Assembly: GCF_000143415.4 (NCBI RefSeq)
Contig: NW_003314263.1
Span: forward strand, 471,114-535,113
Source: Selaginella moellendorffii
Taxonomy: Eukaryota; Plantae; Lycopodiophyta
DNA length: 64,000 nucleotides
Direction of reading: 5' to 3'
The position numbers were made by a program, and so were the translations under genes. This document shows, piece after piece, positions 49,339 through 62,964 of the stretch; position 1 is the first letter of the stretch, and each line of letters begins with the position of its first letter. The notes beneath the pieces are model-generated. The model was not told the DNA's origin. It saw nothing but the letters and a program-made list of their open reading frames with translations, and ran no database searches.

Positions 49339-50644
49339 CTAGTGGAATATGTACGAGTTGTAGTCCTTATCCTGGTTGTGATTCATGAGAATGCTAACGC
49401 CATCTGTGTGACAAATGTGACTGGTAAACTGCCTCTTTGTCCTGGGTGTCTGCTCTGACGCGAAAGGCCCCAGAGTATCACTCTTAGGCCTCGGGACGAT
49501 CTTGATCCCTCCCACAAATCTCTTGTTCTCGTCGTAGTGTAAAGTCGTTGCGAACTGGTTGTAAACTTTGCTTTTTCTTTTCCCAACTGGGCCGCCTCTG
49601 CTCGTAGCACCGGCAGCTCCAGCGGCAGCACCGGCTGCAGCTGCCGCTCTCGCTGCTTCACCAGGAACAATCGAATAGAACTGTCACAGAGATACCAAAG
49701 TCTTAGAAAACGAATGAAGAAGGAAAAAGCTTCAATGCATACCCGACGAGGAACTTTGCCTTCGTACTCCCGGAAGGGTGGAATCCACTCGGGCTGGTGT
49801 AAATACGTTCCAGGCTTCCTGGTGGATCGCCACTCGGGGTTGGCAGTCTCCTCAAGATACCACTCGGAAAATATCGAGGGCCGATGCCGCGAGGACTTCC
49901 ACTTGGAATCCCCAAGGCTCTCGTCTACGTGATCAACACTGTGTATGCTCGACTTCCATAACGCGAGCTTGTTGTCCTCGGGACCAGGTACCATACGCAA
50001 GCTTGGTTTGAAAGGCCTCTCACTCAGAGAACCACTTCCAGGATCAACACGTTTGATGCCAGGCCTCCACTGGGAAAGAAAGAAAACTCAAGATGTTAGA
50101 GCGATGGAGAAAGAAAGATTCATACCCAAAGTTGCCGAGCTTGCAGACGACTCGGAGAGAGAAACTCGACGAAGAATCTCAATCAAAATCTCCTGGCAAC
50201 GATTTAGCGATCGTGAATCGTCTGGCCATTGTTGTGTTCTTAGATTAAAATCCCAAGAAAGAGGAAAAGCGAGAAAGCATACCAGAGTTGGAGTGCGCGC
50301 GACCAATCCATCATCCAAGCTTGATACGCGACCTTTGGCGTCGGGGAAGGACACGGCCTTGCCCGGTCGATAGGGAGCTTCATAGCCAAGATCATGTGGT
50401 ATGTATCGCATACCAGGCCGGAACTGGAAAAAATCAATGGCAAGAACACATTGCTCTCGGAAGAAACCAAAATGCCGCTGCTCAAGAGGAAACGATCTAG
50501 CGAACTAGAGGCGAGATTTCGCAATGCCGCCGCTCAAGAACAAGTGATCCAGCAAAATCTCGCAAGAATGTTACATACCGGCGCCTCGAATGTGCTGAAG
50601 CTGTCCAGGTACCCGGACGGCGGCGCCGTGGCGCATCTCTCCAT
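49339..50644 (-). CDS. Uncharacterised multi-exon protein with repeated [WFY][RK][PS][GS]x[RK]xxP-like motifs
   Basis: Phase-0 GT-AG junctions link MERCATAPP..FEAP | FRPGMRYIP..TPTL | WRPGIKRV..VPRR | FYSIVP..YIFH*; small extra exons cannot be excluded. Confidence 0.55.
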
Positions 50645-50991
50645 CGCTGCCAAAAACCCCCAAACAACGTGCCCCTAAACCCAGACACATAAGCCCTAGT
50701 TCCCGCAGACGTGGCAGCCGGTTAACCACGTCATCCTTGATCGAATATACCCGCCTTAGCCGAGTGACGGTTCCGGCGGTTTCGGCGGTTCTGGTGGCCG
50801 GCAGTTTCCTTCAACTTCACACGAAACAACCAAACTGAAAAGAGCAAAAGTGTTGCCGCAAACTTCTCTCGAAAAAAATCTCTTTTTCCTCATCGATCTT
50901 CTCTCGAGGAAGAAGCGATCCATCGATCAATCCCTCAGTCGATCGATCGATCGACCCGATTCCCAGTAATTGAGGAGGAATCCTATCAGCG

Positions 50992-52612
<1,621 letters not shown>

Positions 52613-53478
52613 AGCACAGGGGATTTGTAGGTTTTGCACAGGATTTGCCGCCATTCTTTCCTCTCAATTCATGAATTCAATGTATTCTACTCGTTGATCA
52701 CGACCGCGTAAGATCGCGAGAGGATTAGGTTCGCGCGCAAAATTTAAATTTTAAAAACGAATATTCGTCCGTAGTTTTAGGGTTCTTAACATGTTCCAGT
52801 AGACAGGTCATTGCCAGGCCGATTGAAATGGGATCTCTGGCAATGGTTTAAAGCTGGACTTAAACAATCGATCTATGCTCGAATCGACACCCCCAGCGAA
52901 AGAGATCGCTAGGGTAACGCCTCTTGAAACGAGCAATGGCAAGAAAGAGCTCAGACTAAGAGTACCAGTTCTCGATCACGAAGATTTCAGAAGCAGAACT
53001 GGCTAAAAACTGGCAAATTCATCATCACAGCACCCTTGAATTCCAAATTCCTGAGAAATCTAGCACCGTTTTCGAAAGAGCCTGCTTATCCAGATTATCT
53101 ACAGGCTACCCGGAGCGATGCGGGAGAATTTTGCCACTGTACAACACATCGCGGGCGACGAGAGAAAAAGCCCCAATGTTCTGCCTAACGAGCGGCGAGA
53201 AGAAGCAAAATTCTAGATCTAGAGAGCGTGATTGTTGAAATTCGTGATTGGCAGCGCCTACGAAACAACTGCCCACGCTCCCCACAAGGAATCTAGCAGT
53301 AGTACCATTCAAGAGCTGCAAAGGGAGCAAGCACAGCTCTAGTACACACACACTGCCACAAGAACCCTAAACCTGCGCCGCCCGGGACAAAATAAATACC
53401 CTAAAATCTGCCCTAATTCCGCCCGTGACGTGCTATGGATCGAACACGCGACTGTGCACTAAAATCTCCAGGACAAAA

Positions 53479-53515
53479 TCAACGGTCGCTACGCAATATG
53501 ACCGTTGGCTTCAAA
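53479..53515. promoter_or_regulatory. Two MSA-like (MYB3R) elements upstream of the kinesin
   Basis: TCAACGGTC at 53479 and GACCGTTGG at 53500 in opposite orientation, followed by TTCAAA. Confidence 0.6.
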
Positions 53516-53798
53516 CCATGCCTTTGTTCGTAGAAGCCCTAGCGAGGTAGAGGGATTTTGGATTGAGCAATGCGGGTTTAGGTTATCGCGATCTAGCCCA
53601 GCGCGCCGTCTGTGAGCGGCAAGGCGCTCACGATTCTCGGTGATTTCCAGCGGATCGCGGCTCCGGCGCCATGAGATCGAGCAAAGTTCCTGGATACACG
53701 CCCGGGAGTGCGCCAAACAGCGCGCAGAAAGATCCACACCATGTAAGTTCTTAGATGAGCTTGGCGGTTGTAGAGATCTCTGGAAATATGGTGCTGAG

Positions 53799-56700
53799 AT
53801 GAGACGATCGCGCTGTTTGCAGCAAAAGGAGAACTGCCTTAACTCGCCGTTTGAGAAGAGGAGGAAGACCGTATGTAAGGATGTGTTTGGAGTCAGGCAG
53901 CAGACGCCTCAAGCCCCAGAGACGAGGTGCTCGCGTCCTGTGCTCACCACGCTGTTGGATGCAAGCCCCTCTCATCCGCTCCAGACACACCAAAGCGTGG
54001 CGTTGGAGGGTTCTCTATCAGAGGCTTGCAGTTTGTCCAGGGCAGATGTCGACGCGTTGTTAGCCATGAAGATGGCTGGAAAGACAAAGTTTGATTTCAA
54101 GGTATTTTCTTCTTTTCTGGTGATTTTGTGCGACGGGGATTGTTGTGTGTGACAGGGTAAGAACGAGCAGATGAGTGACTACATAAAGAAGCTTCGAGTT
54201 TGTATCAGGCAGTTCCAAGACCAGGAGGTGAAGCTAAGTTTTGAAAAGGAAAACCTTGAGAGCGCGCTTGACGGAGAAAGACGCGATCGAGAAGTAACTG
54301 GTACGATATACCCGGTGTTGCCTGTGTCTGACTTTTTCTCTTCCAATTGCAGAGGCTTTTCGAAGGCAAAAGCAGGATGAGCTGGAGCAAGGTCTTTCTG
54401 AGCTCAAGAATCTATGTACATCACTGGAAGATAGATTGATGTCAGTCATGTCGGAAAAGGAGGTTTGTGACCAGACGTTTGTTTAAGCATGAGTTGATTT
54501 TATCTGGTTTGTGTAGTCTTTATTGTGTGCTAGAGAAAAAGATATGGAACAACTAAAAGCAACGGGTAAAGAAATGGCTGGACTTGTTGAGGAGCTTGAA
54601 AGATCACGGAGTGAAGCCACGAGCTTGTCGAATCAGGTAACTTTTTTCTTTTTCTTTTTCTTTTTAAACCACAAATATACCAATCTTGTCCATATGTCAG
54701 GTGCTGTCGCTTCAAGATCTCAACAAACGCTTGCAGGAGTATAATACTAGCTTGCAACAATATAACAGCAAATTGCAAAGTGATGCATCAGTCTCGGCAG
54801 AAGCTTGCGGGAAACTTCAAAAGGAAAAGACCACCTTAATGGAAACTTTGGGCAGTTTACGTGGCCACACCGCGGCACTCCAAGAACAAATAGATATGCT
54901 TAAGGTAGAATTCTTTTCTAGCTGTTTCTTTCTTGGCCTCACCTTCCCCGTCAATTGCAGGCGACTCTGCAGGAAGAGTTAAAACAGAAAAAAGCTTTGA
55001 TAGACGAGGCGGAAAGGCTACGGGCAGAAGTTCAACGCATTACTGACGAGCGTGACCAGCATGCAGCTCATGTTCAGTCTCTGATGGAAGAAAACAATAC
55101 GTACAAGGAATGTACTGGTAAGTCGGCTGCAGAGCTTGAGTTTTTAAGCAGTAAGGCAATCGCATTGGAGGTAACGTTTTTGAACTTCCGTTTTATTCAA
55201 ACCATTATACGTGAATTTCATTTAAAGGAATGCTATACTTCTCAAACCGAGCAAGTTAAAAGTTTGCGCCAGCAATTAGACGTTGCAAACCACAAACTGC
55301 TGGTACGAAATGCCCAATGCCATGGATTGTTCTATCCAGTTCTTTTCTTTATCAACGCAGATAACCGAGCGCTCATATCTTCAAGAAAGGACTGAAGTTG
55401 CGGAGAACAGAGAGCTAATAGAAGATCTGACGAATCGTCTGGCTGAAGCTGATATCCGAATTCGCGAAGGTGAAGAAATTCGTCGCAAGCTCCACAACAC
55501 TATTCAGGTATACTGAAAACGTCATCTATCGTAATCTAACCAGAGAGTCACTTCCAGGAAATGAAAGGAAACATTCGGGTGTTTTGTCGAGTGCGTCCAA
55601 TCTTTCAAGAAGAAGGTGATCCAGAAGCAGGCATTTCCGTGGTGCAGTATCCGAACACAACAGACTTGCTTGGCCGTGGAGTGGAACTCGTTCCCATGCA
55701 AGGTAAGTTTGCGTTCTCTTGCGAAAGCTATTGAATCCTCCTTTCCAAAGCAGGTCAAAGGCACTTCTTTTCTTTCGACAAAGTGTTTGGTCCTGAAACT
55801 GGCCAAGAGAGCGTGTTTACAGAAATATCTCAACTTGTGCAAAGTGCTCTGGATGGATACAAGGTAATTAAGAAAAGCGTATCTTTTCTACTGCCACTCA
55901 TATGATGACGCTGTAACACTTCGCAGGTGTGTATATTTGCGTACGGTCAGACTGGCTCAGGAAAAACACACACAATGCTTGGCAATCCCGAAGTAGATGA
56001 ACTGAGGGGGGTGATTCCGCGGTCTCTGGAGCAGATATTCAGATCTAGTCAAGAGCTGATCACTAGAGGCTGGACATTCAGGATGCAGGTATATCTGATA
56101 TTTTCTTTCTTTGTGGTTTTGACAAATGCACGCAGGCGTCTATGCTGGAAATTTACAACGAGCAAATACGAGATCTGCTGGGTTCTGGTCGTGCTAGCAC
56201 TACAGAGGGTGGGACTCCGATGAAATGTCAGCAGCAGTACCAGGTGAAGCACGATCAAACTGGCAACACATATGTCACAGATCTCACTATGGTTGATGTC
56301 ACCAATTGGAAAGAAGTATCGTCACTCTTGCATCGGGCTACTGTAAGCAGGTAATACTTTGTTTTGGTTCGCGTATGCAAAACACCACTGTTTTCAACTC
56401 TTTGATTCTTTGTTTGTTCTTTTTCTTTGTAGATCTGTGGGTAAAACGGCACTGAACGAACAGTCGTCGAGGAGTCATTGCGTTTTTACACTACGCATCA
56501 CCGGGTCCAACGAGGTAACAAAAAAGCCTAGTGGCGACTTCAAGGCTATGCATAATTCTCTTCCTTTTTTAACAGAGCACCGAGCAAGAAGTCAATGGGG
56601 TGTTGAATCTCATTGATTTGGCGGGGAGCGAACGCCTCTCCCGTAGTGGATCAACTGGAGATCGTCTCAAAGAGACGCAGGTACAATCAAGGCTCGTGCT

Positions 56701-57124
56701 CGCAAAGAATTTATGTGTTGACTCCATCGAGTTTTCTTGTCCCGCAGGCCATAAACAAAAGCTTGGCCAGCCTCGGTGACGTGATTGCCGCGATTGCCAA
56801 CAAAGAACAACACGTTCCCTACAGAAACTCCAAGCTCACGTATCTTCTCCAGGTAAACAAAGAGATATGGCTTTGGACTTTGAGTTGCTTAGCGAGGATC
56901 TTATATGTACTGAGCGAGATTTTCTTCCCCTTTTTTTCATCTTGCAGCCTTGCTTAGGTGGAGATTCGAAGACGCTGATGTTCGTCAACATCGCCCCCGA
57001 GGCCAAGTCGCTGCACGAATCTCTGTGCTCGCTCCGGTTTGCGGCCAAAGTGAATGCTTGCGAGATCGGTGTGCCGCGAAGATTGGCTGTGGCTCCTCAG
57101 CCAACGAGACTGAGCTACGAGTGA
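53799..57124 (+). CDS. Kinesin-14 with C-terminal motor (ATK1/ATK5/KatA-like), many exons; start approximate
   Basis: [19 protein letters not shown], coiled coil, RRKLHNTIQ|[46 protein letters not shown]. Confidence 0.95.
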
Positions 57125-57215
57125 TCCAAGCAAGAAAAATGTAGACAAAGGATGGATAAGCGTTGGGATTATGTTTTAACGTGTTAAAGGGCAAGGGATC
57201 GATCCGCATTACTTT

Positions 57216-57360
57216 TTAGGGCTAAGCTTTTAGGGATTATGGATTTAATCCGACGGCTTAGGATTTAGGGCTCTTTATGATTCGACGGCTACGATTTGGG
57301 ACCCTTGATTTAGATCCGACGGCTAGGACTTAGGGTTTTTGAGGTTTGGTTTCTAGGGTT
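57216..57360. promoter_or_regulatory. RPL27a promoter: telo-boxes and three AT(C/T)CGACGGCT motifs
   Basis: TAGGGTTT/TAGGGTT near 57331 and 57354; motifs at 57248, 57280 and 57314. Confidence 0.55.
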
Positions 57361-57389
57361 CTTGAGCCGCAGGAAGAAGGGAGGCGGCG

Positions 57390-57836
57390 ATGACGACGAG
57401 ATTCAAGAAGAGCAGGAAGAAGAGGGGCCATGTCAGTCACGGGCATGGGCGCATCGGCAAGCACCGCAAGCATCCGGGAGGGCGCGGTAACGCGGGAGGC
57501 CTCCACCATCACCGGATCCTCTTCGACAAGTATCATCCGGGCTACTTCGGCAAGGTAGGAATGCGCTACTTCCATCTCAACAGGAACAAGTACTACCGCC
57601 CGACGGTGAATGTGGAGAAGCTGTGGTCGCTGGTGCCCGAGGACGTCAAGGCCCAGGTGAAGAAGGGGGGCAAGGAGGCGCCGCTGATCGATGTGACCGA
57701 GCACGGCTTCTTCAAGGTGCTGGGCAAGGGTCGCGTCTCGGGCGACTTCCCCATCGTCGTCAAGACCAAGTTCATCTCCAAGCACGCCGAGAAGAAGATC
57801 AAGAAGTGCGGCGGTGCCGTCGTGCTCACGGCGTGA
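57390..57836 (+). CDS. RPL27A: 60S ribosomal protein L27a (uL15)
   Basis: [55 protein letters not shown]. Confidence 0.98.
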   Translation: MTTRFKKSRKKRGHVSHGHGRIGKHRKHPGGRGNAGGLHHHRILFDKYHPGYFGKVGMRYFHLNRNKYYRPTVNVEKLWSLVPEDVKAQVKKGGKEAPLIDVTEHGFFKVLGKGRVSGDFPIVVKTKFISKHAEKKIKKCGGAVVLTA

Positions 57837-58116
57837 TTGGGTCGATCGATCGATCGCGCTCTCGGGGTTTCTCGAGGCGTGGATGGATCAATTCGATTGT
57901 TTCTTTTCTTTCTTGTGTTACGAATTTTGACAATACAAAGACCCTTGAGCTCAATAAGCATGTTTTGTCTTAACTAAATATGTAGCTTAACATTAAGTAA
58001 ACATGTTTAAGTAGGGGTTAAGTTGGAGTTTAGGGTTCTTCGGCTATTGAGTATATTCCTTTGGTGTTAGAAATACCTTTTGTGGATTAGGGTGAGAGGG
58101 TTTTTGGGCGAGAGCG

Positions 58117-58446
58117 ATGAGGGGCGATGAGATCTGGAAGCGATCAGTGTGGGGCAGCGCGCTGGCGCTCGCCAAGATGCAGTGGCCATACCTCGCCGGA
58201 TTCGCGGTCACATTTGGCATCGTCCTCAACATGTCGCTCAATCTCACGGGTGCGTATGCTTTTGCGATAGAAATTTAGCTCCAGCGATTCACTGAATCGA
58301 TCGAGTCGCGTAGAGGAACAAGCGAAGAAGTCGCCCTTCGTCCAGCTCCATCGGAAAAAAGATCAAGAGCACCATCACTGGTTCGTTCTCTCCTTTGCTT
58401 TTTTCTTTCTTTCTTAGTTTGTTTATCTTCGTCTTTTGGGCACAGA
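58117..58446 (+). CDS. Mitochondrial ATP synthase 6 kDa subunit-like; exons 58117-58249, 58314-58380, 58446
   Basis: Spliced MRGDEIWKRSVWGSALALAKMQWPYLAGFAVTFGIVLNMSLNLTEEQAKKSPFVQLHRKKDQEHHH matches the plant pattern WPFLxGFAVT..LTEExAKxSxFVQ. Confidence 0.85.
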
Positions 58447-58549
58447 CGAGGAATCGCGTGAATAAGAACACTCTTTCTTTTCTTTTTTCCTGTGGATTGG
58501 ATGGATCTTCTCCCAAAAACAAGACTTTGATAAGAATTTTTTGCTACTT

Positions 58550-60015
58550 CTATGCCGATAGAGCTTGGCAGTGGACAATGTGGCTCTTTAGTCGGCTTCT
58601 TCCCGCAATGTTGGAGAGCAAATTCGTCACGAATGTTTTAAAGTGGCCCTTCCCAGCGATGGTCTCCCATACCTGTGAAATTCTAGCGTTACTACTGCCA
58701 CCGCCGCTACCATCGTTACCATCGCCCACGTAGCTTCCATCGCCCACGTCCACCACGGTAATACTCATATTGTTCCTCACGATGCAAAGCTTCCCATCCA
58801 ACGGTAGCAGCGCCGCCGCCTCCAGCGCCCGGGAATTCCCCAGGTGGAATTTGCTATCCACGGATCTCTTCCACGTGTCGCTCACTGGGTCGTACACCCG
58901 GAGCTTGCACCCGTCGGGGCAATCCAGAGCGTACAACGTCCCCCCCAGCGCCACGCTGGGATTCCGCCATCCGCTCACCATTCCGTCGAGAATGGGCGAC
59001 CAGACGTTCTGCCCCGGAATGTACACCTCGCTCATCACCTGCCGGTGTGAACCCAGCCCCTTGACGAACCAGTTTCCTCCGTACACCACCCCGATGAATG
59101 GGACCATGGCCGTGCTCATGTCCGAGATGTACGACCACCGGTTCCGTGCAGGGTCGTACACCTCGGCGCTGCGTAGCGAGCGATGGACGCCCTCGCATTC
59201 TCCCCCCGCCACGAAGAGGCAATTGTCGATCACGCCGGATCCAAAGAAGTGGCGCCGCTTGAGCATCTCGGGCGCGCGGTGCCATCGATTCGTGCGCGCG
59301 CTGTAGAACACCACCCGGCGCATCGATCCCTTGGCGGGATCCTTGCCGCCGAAGAGATAGAGATGGCATCCGCCCAGCACAGCGCAGCCGAATCCCAGCG
59401 CCTCGCAGAACTCCTGGGGGATGGGCGGTAGCGGCTGCCACTGCTGGAAGCGCGGATCGAATGCGTGCCAGGAGATCCGGCCGCCCTCTTTCTCGTTGTC
59501 GCGCTTGATCACGAAGACCCACTCCTCCGCCAGACCCGCGATCCGGCGCTGGGTGTAGAAGAAATTGCCGGCGAGCAAGCGATGCCAGCGCTTGCAAACG
59601 ATTCGCAGCGCGCGGTGGTGGAATCGCGGGACGCGGATGAGGCAGGCGATGGCGAGGTCGTCTGGAAGGCCCGGGATGAGCTGTGGATTTGAGCCGTTAG
59701 ATCGGGCTCGGGATCTTGATCGGACGGCTGGAGGCGGCTTGATCGCTTCTTCCTGGAGGACGCAGTGCCTGGCGGTGGCCGGGACGAATTTCTTGGCGCT
59801 GTGGGAGGAGATTGCGTTGGGGGCTTCCGCGCGGCAGTAGCAGGATGCGCTCTCGACCTGGCAAGAGCAGCTTTGCGATTGATTGATCGATCTAAAGCTT
59901 TGATCTCTCTCACCTGTGGGGGATGGTTGAGTTTCTTGCTGGATCGCCCGGATGAACTCGCCGATGCGGCGGTCGCCTTCATCTCGCTGCTGTTCCTCTT
60001 AGCGCTGCTGTTCAT
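58550..60015 (-). CDS. F-box/kelch-repeat protein (At1g55270-like), one 5' intron
   Basis: SCYCR..LIPGLPDDLAIACLIRVPR F-box, then kelch repeats (LYLFGG, LFVAGG), ending SHIVHCQAL. Confidence 0.93.
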
Positions 60016-61399
60016 CGCCAATCAATCAATCAATCAATCATAGCCTCCTCTGTTCTTGAGCGATCTTTCTCTGCTCTTGGATCTTCCCTGTGGGCTTGAT
60101 TCCTCCCCCGCTGCTCGACATTTCGCGAATCCGGCGACTTGGGTCAGCGATTCATGACCCTGTCTCGCATTGGGCGCGCTCAAAATCCCAGCTTGCCGCC
60201 CGGATTCCGCAACGCCCGAGCAAGCCCAGTCCCAATTGCCATCGCTCGCTCGCTCTAGATTCGTCCCCGGGGGCGTTAATTGCGAGAGAGCAAGCGAAGG
60301 GCACTACGGAATGGAAGAAAGGTATAAGTGGGAAGAAGAGATTGAGAGGAATTTGAGAGAGAGATTAGGTGCCCAATGCGACGCTCTTTGTCACCCAGGT
60401 CCACTCGAATCTATTGTTTTTTGCCGCCGCGCCACTGTTGTCGAGCCAACGCGAGAGCGCAGTGGCGAGATTTCTAGGTGAATAGGGAAGAACAAGGAAA
60501 AAAGAATGAAAAATAAAGGACTAAGAGGCTATCTAGGTAGACGTGCTTGCTTGCTGCGTGTAGGTGGATTGGATTGGATTGAATGGATTCGCGTGCTAAG
60601 CGCAGCTTAAACTTGGAAGAACTTTCACTTGGGAGTGTTTGTTTGATCGCCCCAATGGCCGTACGGCCATCACGAGTGGAGATTGATTCTTTCTATGGCG
60701 TTCTTTCCCTTCCGGATTTGAATGAATTCCCTCTGGTAGCATCGTCGTCTTTGAAAGTTTTGCGAGATTTTTCGCCCAAACATTGAATGATCTGATTGCA
60801 TAACAGTCACCGGTCTGTTAATGCGATCAACGGGAGCGACGAAACCAACAAAAGCTCCATCGCCCAGGGGCCAGGATCCTTCAATTCTCCGCTCCAGCGG
60901 AAGTTTGTTTTCTCCTCCCCCTGAGAGCTCTTTCGATCGAATCAATGCCCGCATTTGTTGTAGAGAGAGCCGGGCTTTTGTTTTTCCTTCCTTGCCTTTT
61001 CTCTTTCCTTTATCTCGTGCGAATATGCTCCACTTTCGAAAGAACAAAAGCTTCCTTGAACAGCAAACAAACAAAGGTTAGCGAAACCGAGATTTCATTC
61101 GGCTTGCTTAACTCCGTGTAGATGGATTACACTCACAAGTCGGCTATAATGCGCTCAATGAGGGCCTCTTTCTTGCGAGAGCTTCTTTCCTGGCGAGATA
61201 GAACGTTCTTATGCTGAAAAAGAAGCTTTTTTTTTCTTCTATAGATCTTACCTTTCCGTCCAAAGCAAGCTGACGCCAACCGTAGTTCTTCGCAGCCTTT
61301 CTCTTTTGCTCGTTCGGCCTCGGCAGCTGTCTAAACAGCGATCTACGACGGTAAAAGCACACTGTCAGCCGTATTGAAAAATGTAAAGTAAAGATCTTG

Positions 61400-62256
61400 A
61401 CGCACCTTTGGCTTGCATTTGTACAATCCTCGACTTTCTTTCCACGGTATCTTCCTGGCTAGAGCTTGCAGATCTAAAATAGTGTCTTTGAAGGAAAGTT
61501 CGAGCAGACTTGGATAGGACTAACCTGGACTTGCGTATGCTGTGAATTCTCGAAAATGGAGCTTCCATTGCCTTGTGGATATGCTCCTTTGGGTGCTGTT
61601 TCAACTCCACCTTTGCTAGAATTTATCTGTGAAGCAACTGGTATCAGAGAGAAACATGGAACATGGATGCCAGTTACCTTTTCAGGTTGTCGAATGTCCT
61701 CTGCAAAGGGGGATCATATGCATTCCTGGTGCCCGTACTCGTTCCCAATCTCCTCCTACCAAACAAAACGAGAAACTCAAGCAGAACGAACGGCTTGCCT
61801 TTTAATACCTTCCAGTACCTGGGCAACCAAAGGATTAAGGGAAATTCCATGAATCGCCATAGCCAAATGACAAGAGTCAAGCTGCCTTCGATCACCTGTA
61901 CGTAGAGTTTAGAAAATAGTTCTAGTTTTTCAGTCAAAAGCCCACTTACCTCTTCACTAGGATAGTGAAATGTAGCTGGCCTCAAGTTGTGATCATGCCT
62001 AGAAGTCGAAGTTGCACGTCAAATATCCTTTTGACTTCTACAAGTTGTCATGAGAACTCGCCTACTGCATCAAACGCATGGATGATGAAACTGACAGTGA
62101 AAGGCATATACCTGTTGTAGAGCGTTTCGTGGACTCCGTTACTATACCCCGTATCCGTGCATAGACTTCACTGCCTGTTGAAAGTCACCTCTCCGAGCTC
62201 GAGAGATTCTGGAAAAGATGAGGGCCGTTTGTCGTGGAATCAAGCAATTTACCTTT
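61400..62256 (-). pseudogene. Ku70 pseudogene fragment (beta-barrel/arm region)
   Basis: Frameshifted pieces LDSTTN, CTDTG, EVKRIFDVQLRLLG, HNLRPATFHYPSEE, LVAQ, APGMHMI..PFAEDIR, LQRHY..LQALA appear in Ku70 order, with residual splice sites. Confidence 0.82.
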
Positions 62257-62469
62257 CTATGTCTCCAGACTCGAAGTTCTAGTCAAACTGAATCATAGAG
62301 TTTGAAACATAGAAAAGAAGACACTTGTTAGGGCTCTGCTTTTACTATTTTAGGCCCGTTTTTTACCCTTACTAACTAGGTTTAGGACAAAAGAAACATA
62401 AATGGTTGTAAATATAATATATATATAGACAGATATGTATGTATGGTCAGAGATAATGCTAGAGGTATG

Positions 62470-62825
62470 CAGGTGGATTGTTCCCAATGGTTTTCCTTCG
62501 GTGCTACAAGGAAGCTTTTGTTTACGAACAACAATGATTTCAAAAATGGTGATACAATGTGCAAAGGTGATCATTTTTATTGGACTAACGTTATTGCAAA
62601 CCCAGAGCTCTGGTTTCAGCGGTTGGGTTTTGCTCCTAACATGAGCTTTCATAGGATGGAAGATCAAAGTTTCTTGGTTGGTGCAGATAAAAGGTATGTT
62701 TTGGTGCAAAGTTTAAAGATTGCTAACTCAAGGGTAGGATGTGAAGCCTTTCCAAAAGCTTCTTGTGAGGAAAATAACATTTTCGAGACGAGTATCAGTC
62801 TCGGAACGTACGGTCGTTCCGCCAG
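62470..62825 (+). pseudogene. Ku70 pseudogene fragment (end of vWA domain to start of beta-barrel), inverted relative to the rest
   Basis: RKLLFTNNNDF, KMVIQCAK|, FQKLLVRKITFS, TSISLGTY parallel plant Ku70 KRxFLFTNEDDP, TxQRAK, KRIVRRITF, SIELNxY, which precede WLDSTTN. Confidence 0.62.
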
Positions 62826-62964
62826 CTTGAATAGGTTGAAGACTTTGGCTGAATATAAAAATCATTTGCAACTTTTCTATGTAGGCAACAAAATCTTCAA
62901 AGCAATTTACAAAGATTTTTGAAGCAATAATTGTTTTAGTTATTATAGTGGAAAATTTTGAAGT

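Noticed and set aside
62443-62922. 159-aa ORF as an independent gene
   Set aside because: Better explained as a chance open frame across frameshifted Ku70 remnants.
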